IMG/VR virus record: IMGVR_UViG_3300007734_000752
Length of the DNA: 64,000 bases
From: an uncultured virus (IMG/VR IMGVR_UViG_3300007734_000752)
Lineage: Duplodnaviria > Heunggongvirae > Uroviricota > Caudoviricetes
Strand: one strand, 5' to 3'
A model generated the notes under the pieces. It saw nothing but the letters and a program-made list of their open reading frames with translations, did not search any database and was not told where the DNA came from. Positions 18,651 through 27,987 of the stretch are shown here, in pieces (position 1 is the first letter of the stretch; each line of letters begins with the position of its first letter). The position numbers were made by a program, and so were the translations under genes.

Positions 18651-20288
18651 TTGAAAACGCCCATCCTCGGCGGCAGCTATGTCGCTCGGTCAATCAATGC
18701 GGCAGATAACCGCATGGTCAACCTGTTTCCCGAAGCGGTGCCGGAAGGCAGCGGTGGGAAAGAGGCGGGCTTCCTGCTGCGGTGTCCTGGCTTGCGGTTG
18801 CTTGCAACCGTTGGTGATGGCCCTATTCGCGGCCTGTGGGTCACCAATGGCATTGCCTATGTAGTGTCCGGCAGTGAGTTCTACAGCCTAAACACAAGTT
18901 GGGTGACTACGCTAATAGGTTCCGTGTCAGGCACCGGCCCGGTCAGCATGGCCGACAACGGCACCCAGATATTCATCGCCTGCAACCCAGCTAGTTACAT
19001 CTACAACGTATCCACGTTGGCGTTTGCACAAATTACCGACGTAGACTTTCCCGGCGCTGGCTCGGTTGGTTACTTGGATGGTTACTTTGTATTCAACGAG
19101 CCAAACTCGCAAAAGTTTTGGGTAACCAGCCTGCTGGACGGCACAGCCATAGACCCGCTGGATTTTGCCAGCGCGGAAGGCTATCCCGACGATGTGGTGG
19201 CCTTGATCGTAGACCACCGCGAGATATTCCTATTCGGCAACACCAGCGTCGAGGTTTGGTATGACGCGGGAACGCCTGACTTTCCATTAGCGCGGATTCA
19301 AGGCGCGTTTATGGAGGTAGGGTGCGAGGCAGCGTATTCGGTAGCCAAGCTGGACAACAGCGTGTTCTGGCTGGGTTCGGATGCTCGCGGGCGTGGGATA
19401 GTCTACCGGGCTAACGGCTACACGCCTGCGCGTATCTCGACCAACGCTGTTGAATACGCCATCCAAAGCTACGGCAACATCACCGATGCCATCGGCTACA
19501 CCTATCAGCAAGACGGGCACCCGTTTTATGTGCTGATATTCCCGTCTGCCGAAACCACATGGGTTTACGATGTTTCTACTCAGTTGTGGCACGAACGCGC
19601 AGGGTTTGAAAGCGGACAATTTGTCCGGCACCGCAGCAATTGCCAGATGTCGTTTAACGACGAGATTGTGGTAGGCGACTACGAAGATGGGCGGGTCTAT
19701 GCTTTTGATCTCGATGTTTACGCTGACGATGACCAGATTCAGAAGTGGTTGCGGTCGTGGCGGGCATTGCCAGCAGGTCAAAACAACCTCAAGCGCACCG
19801 CACACCACAGCCTACAGTTGGATGCGGAAACGGGTATTGGGCTTAACGCCTATCCTGCTTACGATGCCGAAGATTTAGCCACCGAATCCGGTAACATCAT
19901 TGTGGCCGAGTTTGTGCAGGGTTATCTGACTACGCAAGCCAGCGACCAGTTAGTTACCGAGGCCAATGACGGTAACGAACCGCTGGTGACTCAAGTGCAA
20001 CCTGCCGAGGATTACAACGGTTATGCGCTGGAAACCGAAGCCTACACTGCGGCACCGGGTTACGATCCGCAGGTCATGCTGCGCTGGTCGGACGACGCGG
20101 GGCATACCTGGTCAAACGAACATTGGAACTCAATGGGTAAGCTGGGGGCTTACGGCACCCGCACCATCTGGCGCAGGCTTGGCATGACCGAGAAGATCCG
20201 CGACAGGGTTTATGAGGTGTCGGGCACCGATCCGGTAAAAATTGCCATTATGGGCGCTGAACTGTTTGTTACTCCGACTAATGCCTAA
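18651..20288 (+). CDS. DNA stabilisation / tail hub protein (P22 gp10-like)
   Basis: Beta-propeller-like repeats, LRWSDDAGHTWS, WRRLG. Confidence 0.85.
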   Translation: MKTPILGGSYVARSINAADNRMVNLFPEAVPEGSGGKEAGFLLRCPGLRLLATVGDGPIRGLWVTNGIAYVVSGSEFYSLNTSWVTTLIGSVSGTGPVSMADNGTQIFIACNPASYIYNVSTLAFAQITDVDFPGAGSVGYLDGYFVFNEPNSQKFWVTSLLDGTAIDPLDFASAEGYPDDVVALIVDHREIFLFGNTSVEVWYDAGTPDFPLARIQGAFMEVGCEAAYSVAKLDNSVFWLGSDARGRGIVYRANGYTPARISTNAVEYAIQSYGNITDAIGYTYQQDGHPFYVLIFPSAETTWVYDVSTQLWHERAGFESGQFVRHRSNCQMSFNDEIVVGDYEDGRVYAFDLDVYADDDQIQKWLRSWRALPAGQNNLKRTAHHSLQLDAETGIGLNAYPAYDAEDLATESGNIIVAEFVQGYLTTQASDQLVTEANDGNEPLVTQVQPAEDYNGYALETEAYTAAPGYDPQVMLRWSDDAGHTWSNEHWNSMGKLGAYGTRTIWRRLGMTEKIRDRVYEVSGTDPVKIAIMGAELFVTPTNA

Positions 20289-22065
20289 CCTCAACATCAC
20301 CAACATCCCCGCGCCAAGGGTGCCGTTCATTGACGAACGCACCGGCCTTATGGCGCGGGAATGGTATCGTTTTTTTCTTAATCTTTTTGTCCTGACCGGC
20401 AGCGGTAATAACCCTATCACGCTGGAAGAATTGCAGCTTGGGCCACCTAACCAGCCTGACCTAGCCGAGCTGCTGATTCAGATCAATCAGAACATCGCCC
20501 CGCAATACGAAGATCAATCGGGCGATTTTCTAGCCACGCTCGACACCGCGCAACTGATGTCGATGATGTCGCAGTTTGCAAATGCAGAAGCGGCCATCCA
20601 AGGGGCGTATCTTCAGCCGGTTGTGCAGACCGGCACCATTGCCAACTACAACCTTGACGGTAGCCCAACGGCGGGTGGCATAGCCTACGGCACCGGGCCA
20701 GCACTTGCGGTAAGCGCAGCGGGCACATTGGGCCAGGTGCTAACCAGTGCAGGTGCGGGAACGCCAACATGGGCGGCACCTACAACCGGCACTGTATCCA
20801 GCGTGTCGGTGGTGTCGGCCAACGGGCTGGCTGGAACCGTAGCGACAGCAACCACAACCCCAGCGATCACGCTCTCCACGACCATCACCGGGCTGCTCAA
20901 GGGCAACGGCACCGCGATCAGCGCGGCCACCAGCGGCACAGACTACGCGCCGGCAACCAGTGGCACCTCGATCCTCTACGGCAACGGGGCTGGCGGGTTC
21001 AGCAACGTCACCATCGGATCCGGCGTTGCCTTTGCTGGCGGCACTTTGTCTGCGACCGGCTCGGGCGGCACTGTAACGAGCGTGACCGGAACGGCACCCG
21101 TTGTGTCGTCTGGTGGTGCTACGCCTGCAATCTCAATGGCCGCTGCAACAACGAGTGTTAATGGTTACTTGACCAGCACCGACTGGACAACCTTTAACAA
21201 CAAGCAAGCCGCGCTGGTCAGCGGCACCAACATCAAGACAGTCAACGGCACGACACTGCTTGGCTCTGGCGATCTTGGCACGATCACCTATGCTTACGGC
21301 GGCACCGGCCAGACGACCGTCACAACCGGCGATCTGCTCTACGGCTCGGCATCAAATGTCTGGTCAAAATTGGGTATCGGCACTACAGGCCAGATTTTGC
21401 GTGTTGTGTCCGGCGCACCGGCTTGGGGAACGGATTACGTTGGCACCGTGACTAGTGTAGGCGGCACCGGAACGGTCAACGGCCTGACGCTGACTGGCAC
21501 TGTCACCAGCTCTGGCAATCTGACGCTAGGTGGCACGCTTGATCTATCCTCGCCTCCGGCTATTGGCGGAACATCAGCGGCAAGTGGCAAATTCACCACA
21601 TTAAGCGCGTCAGATACCATTACTCCAAGTCAAACTACCGGCATTGTCGGCACAACAACCACAAATGACGCACAGGCGGGGAGTGTCGGTGAATCCATTA
21701 TGTCTAGCTCTGCGCTCACAAATTACCCTGCGACCGGCACTTGGGGCGATCTAACTGCAATCTCTTTGACTGCTGGTGATTGGGATATTGCTGCGGTGAC
21801 TCAGCAAACTACACCAGGCACAATGACTGGCGAGACTCGGCTAGGAATTTCGGTCACATCTGGTAATTCTGCAACTGGTTTGACTATAGGCTATAACCGG
21901 TTAACCTTTCCAAATGCAACAGTAGCTGCTGATTCTGGTGCTTCAATTCCGATGTATCGTTTGCAACTTGGGTCAACAACAACGGTATACCTTAAATTTT
22001 TTACAGAATACAGCACCGGAACGCCAAAAGCACTTGGAACAATCATTGCACGACGCAGACGTTAA
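20281..22065 (+). CDS. Tail fibre protein
   Basis: Gly/Thr/Ser-rich GTVTSV repeats; likely start at ATG 20281. Confidence 0.8.
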   Translation: MPNLNITNIPAPRVPFIDERTGLMAREWYRFFLNLFVLTGSGNNPITLEELQLGPPNQPDLAELLIQINQNIAPQYEDQSGDFLATLDTAQLMSMMSQFANAEAAIQGAYLQPVVQTGTIANYNLDGSPTAGGIAYGTGPALAVSAAGTLGQVLTSAGAGTPTWAAPTTGTVSSVSVVSANGLAGTVATATTTPAITLSTTITGLLKGNGTAISAATSGTDYAPATSGTSILYGNGAGGFSNVTIGSGVAFAGGTLSATGSGGTVTSVTGTAPVVSSGGATPAISMAAATTSVNGYLTSTDWTTFNNKQAALVSGTNIKTVNGTTLLGSGDLGTITYAYGGTGQTTVTTGDLLYGSASNVWSKLGIGTTGQILRVVSGAPAWGTDYVGTVTSVGGTGTVNGLTLTGTVTSSGNLTLGGTLDLSSPPAIGGTSAASGKFTTLSASDTITPSQTTGIVGTTTTNDAQAGSVGESIMSSSALTNYPATGTWGDLTAISLTAGDWDIAAVTQQTTPGTMTGETRLGISVTSGNSATGLTIGYNRLTFPNATVAADSGASIPMYRLQLGSTTTVYLKFFTEYSTGTPKALGTIIARRRR

Positions 22066-22076
22066 AGGACTAAATA

Positions 22077-23654
22077 ATGGCACTCACAAAAGTTTCCTAC
22101 AGCATGATCAATGGCGCAGTCCTTAATGTATTTGATTACGGTGCGACTGGCGATGGAACTACTGATGATACAACGGCTATTCAAGCGGCTATTACGGCAG
22201 CGGAAAGTAACCAGCAATATCGCGGAATCTTTTTCCCCGTAGGCACCTATAAAATAACGGACACGCTTCGCATAAAGAAAACGCAGAGCTGGTTCGGTGC
22301 TGGCCCTGTTATTTCAGGCCCAGATTCTGATTACACGACTGATGCTGATTTGCCTAATGTGGTCACGGGTGGCGTGGTTATTTGGCAATCGCAAATAAAC
22401 AAAGATGGGTTGCTTGTTCGGCAAGACCCCGTAAACACCTACCGCGTTGTGTTGGGAATGGAAAACATTACGTGGGTTGGGGCGATCACAAGCGCAGGCG
22501 TTGGCCCAGGCGGTACAACTGGAAACGGTATCGTTGTCGATCCTCAAAGCGTCGCGTTTAATGTTGAATGCCATTTTTACAATGTCAACATCACGTATTT
22601 TAGAGAGCGTGGTTTAAAGTTGGTAGAAGGATATTACGGGTCAACTTTCAATGTCATGTCTGTAAATGGGAATGGCAAGACAGGCATTGCTGCTATAGGC
22701 ACAAGTCAAGGCGAGTATTCATTCTCAAATATCCGATGTTTTGGAAATGGTTTGTTAGGCAGCGGTGAGACCGAAGAAGCTGGAATGGTGATTGATTCTG
22801 GTGGTGCTGGAATAACTTTACAAAGAATTTCTTGCACATCAAATGCTCGTGTCGGGTTGTACATAGCAGGCGTTCAGCATCAGTTAATAGATTATCAATC
22901 TGAATCTTTTGGCAATGCAAACAACGCAAATCAACGAAATTTAATTATTTACAATTGCCAGCCTAGTGTTTTAAGGGCTAACTTTTCGCCTATGGCTGGA
23001 TTTTTAGGCATTTGCGTAGATTTGCGTACTGCAACAAACGGCTTGCTGATGGGTTTAAATTTCTATTCCGCTGTTGATTCGACGGGCTATCAAGTCTACG
23101 AAGATGCGTCCAGCGGCACAAACGTCATTGTTGGTTCAAGTGCAATTGCTCCGGTATACAAACAAATTCAACCCTATACGTTGTTTGGTTTTGGCGCGGA
23201 TGCGTATGGCTACGGCACACAAACAAATAACAACGCCACCGCAGGCAACGTAGGCGAACTTATCACTGCCACGGTTGCTGCTGGCGCTGCTGTTTCTTTG
23301 GTGACTGCCACGGCTAGAACGGTCACATCAATCAGCTTGACCCCCGGCGATTGGGATGTATCAGCGGTGGGTGACTTTACACTAACAGGCGCAACGACCA
23401 GTTATTTTAGAACTGGTGTTAATGTCACTACTAACTCAATGCCTAGTCAAATAGGTGGATCAGGTATTGGAACTGATCCAATGGTGAGATTGCCTTTGGT
23501 TTTGACCACAACCACAAGCGACTATGGACAAGGATTGCCACCGGTAAGAATTAGTTTGGCAGCAACAACAACCATTTATTTGGTGTGCGAGGCAACATTT
23601 GCCGCGGGTTCGGTTTCAGCATTTGGCACTATTCGCGCAAGACGGATGCGTTAA
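22077..23654 (+). CDS. Tailspike with a pectate-lyase-like beta-helix
   Basis: NVFDYGATGDGTTDDTTAIQAAI and FFPVGTY. Confidence 0.85.
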   Translation: MALTKVSYSMINGAVLNVFDYGATGDGTTDDTTAIQAAITAAESNQQYRGIFFPVGTYKITDTLRIKKTQSWFGAGPVISGPDSDYTTDADLPNVVTGGVVIWQSQINKDGLLVRQDPVNTYRVVLGMENITWVGAITSAGVGPGGTTGNGIVVDPQSVAFNVECHFYNVNITYFRERGLKLVEGYYGSTFNVMSVNGNGKTGIAAIGTSQGEYSFSNIRCFGNGLLGSGETEEAGMVIDSGGAGITLQRISCTSNARVGLYIAGVQHQLIDYQSESFGNANNANQRNLIIYNCQPSVLRANFSPMAGFLGICVDLRTATNGLLMGLNFYSAVDSTGYQVYEDASSGTNVIVGSSAIAPVYKQIQPYTLFGFGADAYGYGTQTNNNATAGNVGELITATVAAGAAVSLVTATARTVTSISLTPGDWDVSAVGDFTLTGATTSYFRTGVNVTTNSMPSQIGGSGIGTDPMVRLPLVLTTTTSDYGQGLPPVRISLAATTTIYLVCEATFAAGSVSAFGTIRARRMR

Positions 23655-23669
23655 TTTTAAGGAACAAAT

Positions 23670-23747
23670 ATGAGCGTTAATCTTTCAGCGTTTGGTGGCG
23701 TCGGCTGGCAACAAACAAAGATTACTGGAGGCACTCTAAATGACTAG
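23670..23747 (+). pseudogene. Truncated tail-associated gene at the A/B junction
   Basis: AAGGA RBS, then MSVNLSAFGGVGWQ, then an abrupt change to QTKITGGTLND*. Confidence 0.55.
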
Positions 23748-24021
23748 TACCGTTTTTGTAGATAAAGTTACCGTCATACAAGCTTCTTGGCTTAATGATG
23801 TTAATAGTGTTGTATATAATTTAGTCTCCGGTAAAACCACACAGACTGCTACAGCAGGTCAGACAGTCTTTACTGTACCTGCCTATACTCTGGGCGGCTC
23901 TATGAGTGTGTGGATTAACGGCATATTGCAGCAATACAACGCTGCTTATACTGAGACTAATACAACTACTATTACCTTCTCAGAAGGCTTAACTGTAGGT
24001 TTAGTAGTAACTACAGACTAA
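23740..24021 (+). CDS. Small virion or tail protein (segment B)
   Basis: SWLNDVN N-terminus; TATAGQTVF...VWINGILQ domain; GGAGG RBS. Confidence 0.65.
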   Translation: MTSTVFVDKVTVIQASWLNDVNSVVYNLVSGKTTQTATAGQTVFTVPAYTLGGSMSVWINGILQQYNAAYTETNTTTITFSEGLTVGLVVTTD

Positions 24022-24111
24022 AAAACCAGCGTGTAAAAAAGGTAAACTAGGAGGGAAACCCTTTATACCCGCAAGGGAGAATTGCGGGGCTGTTACACGC
24101 TGGCACAAACA

Positions 24112-24540
24112 TTATACTTGAGTTAACGCTTCTCGGATAAACCCAAGTATCCTTTCAGGACTCTTGAAGTCACACCACTCGATACCTTCTTTGTCACACC
24201 ACTGGGAGTAGGTTGTTTTTGAGGTCTTATAGATCTTGTTTTGGTGCCGTTGGAAGACAACAAGTATCCTAGTCGTTGGATATTGTTGCTTGATAAAGCA
24301 GAGTTTTTTTCTTCCGGCTGCATCAAGGAGACCCTTAGTCTCAATATACCATCCCTCCTTAATTGTCCAATCTGGGTGGTATCTTCTTTTTTCAGGCGGT
24401 GTAACAAAGGGCAGAACACTTGTTTCATAGCCTAGAGTATACCCATTTACAATGCAGAGGTTATTGAAGCTGGTCTCAAACTTGGATCGGTGCTTCTTTT
24501 TGGGGTATTTCTTCTTTATTGGCTTCTTCTTTTTTAGCAT
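24112..24540 (-). CDS. T7 endonuclease I-like Holliday junction resolvase
   Basis: RSKFE, YHPDW, IETKG PD-(D/E)XK motifs. Confidence 0.85.
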   Translation of the reverse strand: MLKKKKPIKKKYPKKKHRSKFETSFNNLCIVNGYTLGYETSVLPFVTPPEKRRYHPDWTIKEGWYIETKGLLDAAGRKKLCFIKQQYPTTRILVVFQRHQNKIYKTSKTTYSQWCDKEGIEWCDFKSPERILGFIREALTQV

Positions 24541-25204
24541 GGTCTTTTGGTGGCTCCCAGATTTGATTAGCTTCTCTCCAAACCCACAGTAACTTGCAGT
24601 TTTTGTGTAGCCTCTCATCGTCGTTATACGCGGCTCTACACGCTTCATAGTACTCTTCTGGTAAGAGACCCTCAAGAAGCCTGCCAGCCTTCACTGGGCC
24701 TATTCCTGACAAGCCAAAGACGTTATCTGTGCGGTCTCCAGTAAGCACTTGAAGGTAGAACCGTCTGAATCCCTCGTCCTGGGTGATTTTAACCATTTCT
24801 TTCTTAACGAAGTTGTAGTGCCAGCCTGGTACTTGAAGCAAGTCTTTGTCTATGGAGCAGATGACCGTGCCTTCAGCCTTCTGTTCCATTCCTAGCCCAT
24901 CGTCAGCTTCGTAGCCTTTGCAGACTTGAGCTTGCCAATTTGTTACTAGGAACTCTTTGGTTGCATCCAGATGTTGTGGGCGGATAACATCCTTTCGGTT
25001 TGCTTTGTACTCAGGATCTACCTTCATCCTGAAGTTGTCTTCCCGGACTCCAGAAAGAAAGACCTTATGGCCTGTTGCGTTAACCTCATCAAGGATGTCC
25101 CTCATCATGACTCTGGTGCGTATAAAGGCTATATCCCTGTCCTCGTTCTCCGCTGATGCTGCACAGCGATAAGCAACGATGTCGCCATCAATCAAAGCTA
25201 ACAT
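24476..25204 (-). CDS. 5'-3' exonuclease (T7 gp6-like)
   Basis: LIDGD, YKANR, EADD, SIDKDL, GDRTDN..G..GIGP. Confidence 0.9.
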   Translation of the reverse strand: MLALIDGDIVAYRCAASAENEDRDIAFIRTRVMMRDILDEVNATGHKVFLSGVREDNFRMKVDPEYKANRKDVIRPQHLDATKEFLVTNWQAQVCKGYEADDGLGMEQKAEGTVICSIDKDLLQVPGWHYNFVKKEMVKITQDEGFRRFYLQVLTGDRTDNVFGLSGIGPVKAGRLLEGLLPEEYYEACRAAYNDDERLHKNCKLLWVWREANQIWEPPKDHAKKEEANKEEIPQKEAPIQV

Positions 25205-25299
25205 TATTGTTTCTCCTAGTTGTTTATTGCTCCCCCAAAAGGGTTGCCGTGGGGCAACCTTTCGGGGTTGTTGCCCCGCTTTGCGCGGGGTTGTTGTTG

Positions 25300-25836
25300 C
25301 TAGGCTGCTTCTTTGGGTACTTCTTCAGCTTCGCTTTCTTTCTTTGCTGCTGCTAGATCCAAGTCACCTGCTGTGTAAGCTTCAAACTGCCTAGCCATCT
25401 TGATGATTAACTCCGAAGTAACCAGATCAAGATCAAAAGGTTTACCGCCCCTAGCTCCAATATAAAGATCTGTAGCACGAGCTAAGGCATTTTGACGAAT
25501 AATGGAACGATCCCCATGAAGAGCTGGGATAGGAAACACTCTAGTGGAATAACTGCCTCCACCACCAGTAGAGCTGGGTTTGATACTAGTAACACTAGCT
25601 ACAGGTGCTGCACCAGGTTCTCCCTTAGCTGTAACGGTAACGCTCTTAGTCTCTAAGCCGTAGGTGCCTGTTTCACCATCAAAAGAAATAGTATCTCCAA
25701 CGTTACAAGAAGGCTTTTTAAACCCATGCTTAAGCCAATACCCATCTACCTTTAGTGAATAGGTTGGCTTAACTCCAAACCGCGTAGTAACGTCCTTTGT
25801 GGTGATTGACTCTACAACTCCAGTCATTGCTGTCAT
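25300..25836 (-). CDS. Putative ssDNA-binding protein
   Basis: OB-fold-like N-terminus, acidic tail, located between PolA and the exonuclease. Confidence 0.5.
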   Translation of the reverse strand: MTAMTGVVESITTKDVTTRFGVKPTYSLKVDGYWLKHGFKKPSCNVGDTISFDGETGTYGLETKSVTVTAKGEPGAAPVASVTSIKPSSTGGGGSYSTRVFPIPALHGDRSIIRQNALARATDLYIGARGGKPFDLDLVTSELIIKMARQFEAYTAGDLDLAAAKKESEAEEVPKEAA

Positions 25837-27836
25837 ATTGTTCTCTCTTTCATTTCGTACCAGTTTTTACCCACTGAGCACCCTGCTGTTAGCTTTAGGG
25901 CTAGTGGGAATCCGAAAGTCTTCTCAAAATATACATGTGTGCTTGTCAATACATCGAATACCTCCTTTATGGTTGGTTCAAGATAAGCGTCTAACACATC
26001 AAATAGTATGGAGTCATGTACCGTATTTACAAGCTTTACTCCAATATGATTTTTAAATCTTCTGTAAAGAATACCGAGCATCATTGGAACAATGTCGCCT
26101 GTTGCTAGTCCCTGTACGGGATAGTTTTTTAGTTCTGTGGGGCTGAACGTGTACTCTTTTTTGGTTGCCCAAGTTGGGCCTGAGTCAGCGTATTTATTTT
26201 TGTATTGCTTGAATACATAAATTCTACCAGTCTCGCTTTGAAATCTCCATGTTTTACTAAACTCATAGCCATCAATTACGCTGTCGTGCAAACCTTCTTC
26301 TTCGGCTGTTTCAGCCATGTTTGTATGCCATCGCTTGACGCTTGGGTACCTACCGTAAAATGTTTCTATAAACTTTTTAGAGATGTCTATATCACACCCA
26401 GCATTGTCAGCTAGGGTCTTAGCACCAGCACCATAGATCAAACCAAAGGTAAGACGCTTAAACCATTTACGTTCGTCTTTGAGTGGTTCCACGTGAAACA
26501 TATCCTTGTATAGTTCTGTATGGATGTCACGGCCTGCATTGATGTCTGTAATAAGTTGGTTGTCTTTTGTTACGTGAGCTAGTACAGCAACCTCAAGCTG
26601 AGAGAAGTCAAACTCAACTAAGCTGCCTTCTGCTCCATACCTAGAAAAGAAAACCTTTTTAATAGGGTTATTGCTAATATTTTGTAGGTTAGGACTGCTA
26701 GAACTAAGTCTACCTGTTGATGTAGCTACATGAGTTAGTCTGCCGTGGATACAATACTGTCTGCGTGATTCTATGCCATTGTCTATTACGTGCTTACTTA
26801 GACCTTGTACATAAGTACTTAGTTGTTTTGTTAGGTCTCTATGTTGTAGTAGTTTGTTTGTTATTTCTTTTACTACTGTTTCTTTAGTACTAGTATTTAT
26901 ATATGTAAGTACTTTCTCATCTACTGAGACCTTGCCAGTTTTTTCACTTTTCCATTCGTCAAGAGGAGCAACATCAGAAAAAGGCGTTGTAGCAAATAGA
27001 GCAGTTACTTTTTTGGTTTTTGGTTTACCGTTTTTGTACATCCCAACAACTTCTTTGGAGTCAACTTTCTTAATACCACCAAAGAAAAACTTACTCCACT
27101 GAAGAGAACTATTGACATCTTCAATCTGGTAAAACGCAGTAGCAGACAATTTACTTAAATAGTCTTTAAGAATTATTTCATTATCAGCAAACTTTATGGC
27201 TACTTCAGCAGCGTAAGTTTTGTAGTAATTCATGTCTACAGCTAGGCCGTTGTACATCATCTCAGTAGTAGCGTGTATAGCTTCCATCTGGCTGATAATA
27301 AGATTCAACATACCTCTTTCAGTAGCTTCTATCATTTGCTTTTCAGCTATTTGGTGTGTGTTAAAGACATCTCTATTTAGATAGCCTTCCAAAAGCTCAA
27401 AAGGAACTTTGTCAGCACCAAGACCCTTATTAAAATAATCAGTAATAGCAGAGTCTTTAACAGGCAGACCATACTTTACAGCCATGCTATCTAGGGAAGG
27501 AAACTTGAGCTGTTGCCCTGAAAGCAGATACTCAGCAAGCTGTATATCCCAAAGACGATTCTTTTGTAGTTCCACTTTACAGTTAGAGTCTTTGTACAGG
27601 TATTGCAAGTCAAACGAGATGTTGCAACCAATTATAAAGTCGTATTCGTGAGACTTTAGCCAGTAAGTAAAATCTTTAAGAAAGGTTTCTGGGTATGCTC
27701 TATAGAATAAACCATCCCCTTCCGTACACAGTGTTCCTAGTAACACAATCTTATTCCCAGGATACATTGGATGGGCTTTATCCAGCTCTCCAGGTGCATC
27801 CATTGTTGTTTCTACATCAAGTGTGAGCAATCTCAC
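25833..27836 (-). CDS. Family A DNA polymerase
   Basis: LDVET, TGRLSSSSPNLQN, DFSQLE, KRLTFGLIYG, NYPVQG, TVHDS. Confidence 0.95.
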   Translation of the reverse strand: MRLLTLDVETTMDAPGELDKAHPMYPGNKIVLLGTLCTEGDGLFYRAYPETFLKDFTYWLKSHEYDFIIGCNISFDLQYLYKDSNCKVELQKNRLWDIQLAEYLLSGQQLKFPSLDSMAVKYGLPVKDSAITDYFNKGLGADKVPFELLEGYLNRDVFNTHQIAEKQMIEATERGMLNLIISQMEAIHATTEMMYNGLAVDMNYYKTYAAEVAIKFADNEIILKDYLSKLSATAFYQIEDVNSSLQWSKFFFGGIKKVDSKEVVGMYKNGKPKTKKVTALFATTPFSDVAPLDEWKSEKTGKVSVDEKVLTYINTSTKETVVKEITNKLLQHRDLTKQLSTYVQGLSKHVIDNGIESRRQYCIHGRLTHVATSTGRLSSSSPNLQNISNNPIKKVFFSRYGAEGSLVEFDFSQLEVAVLAHVTKDNQLITDINAGRDIHTELYKDMFHVEPLKDERKWFKRLTFGLIYGAGAKTLADNAGCDIDISKKFIETFYGRYPSVKRWHTNMAETAEEEGLHDSVIDGYEFSKTWRFQSETGRIYVFKQYKNKYADSGPTWATKKEYTFSPTELKNYPVQGLATGDIVPMMLGILYRRFKNHIGVKLVNTVHDSILFDVLDAYLEPTIKEVFDVLTSTHVYFEKTFGFPLALKLTAGCSVGKNWYEMKERTI

Positions 27837-27987
27837 TTTTATCTCCTAGTTGGTCTTCATTTATGTGTTTTAAAGCTTCTTCTTGTTCTTTGATCCACTC
27901 TTCTTCGAGTTGCTGTTTGTGTTTTATTGTTGTTTTCTTTTTTTCTTTAGCAAGATCTTCGGTGTACCACCGCCTAGAGTTACTCAT
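27817..27987 (-). CDS. 56-aa charged hypothetical protein (not in ORF track)
   Basis: Hand translation MSNSRRWYTEDLAKEK...; fills the helicase-PolA gap. Confidence 0.45.
   Translation of the reverse strand: MSNSRRWYTEDLAKEKKKTTIKHKQQLEEEWIKEQEEALKHINEDQLGDKSEIAHT

Larger units (their letters stand above)
1..23710. mobile_element. Phage genome segment A (P22-like morphogenesis, APSE-like replication), incomplete at both ends
   Basis: Contiguous phage gene order: PolA, primase-helicase, early genes, terS/terL, portal, scaffold, coat, gp4, gp10, fibres. GC-rich composition. Confidence 0.9.

Noticed and set aside
400..23000. Numerous overlapping antisense and alternate-frame ORFs in the track
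   Set aside because: These are shadow ORFs of GC-rich genes with no recognisable motifs.
24026..24103. c-di-GMP-I riboswitch
   Set aside because: GGTAAAC...GAAA looks similar, but the GGGACGCAAAGC core is missing and no gene lies downstream on that strand.
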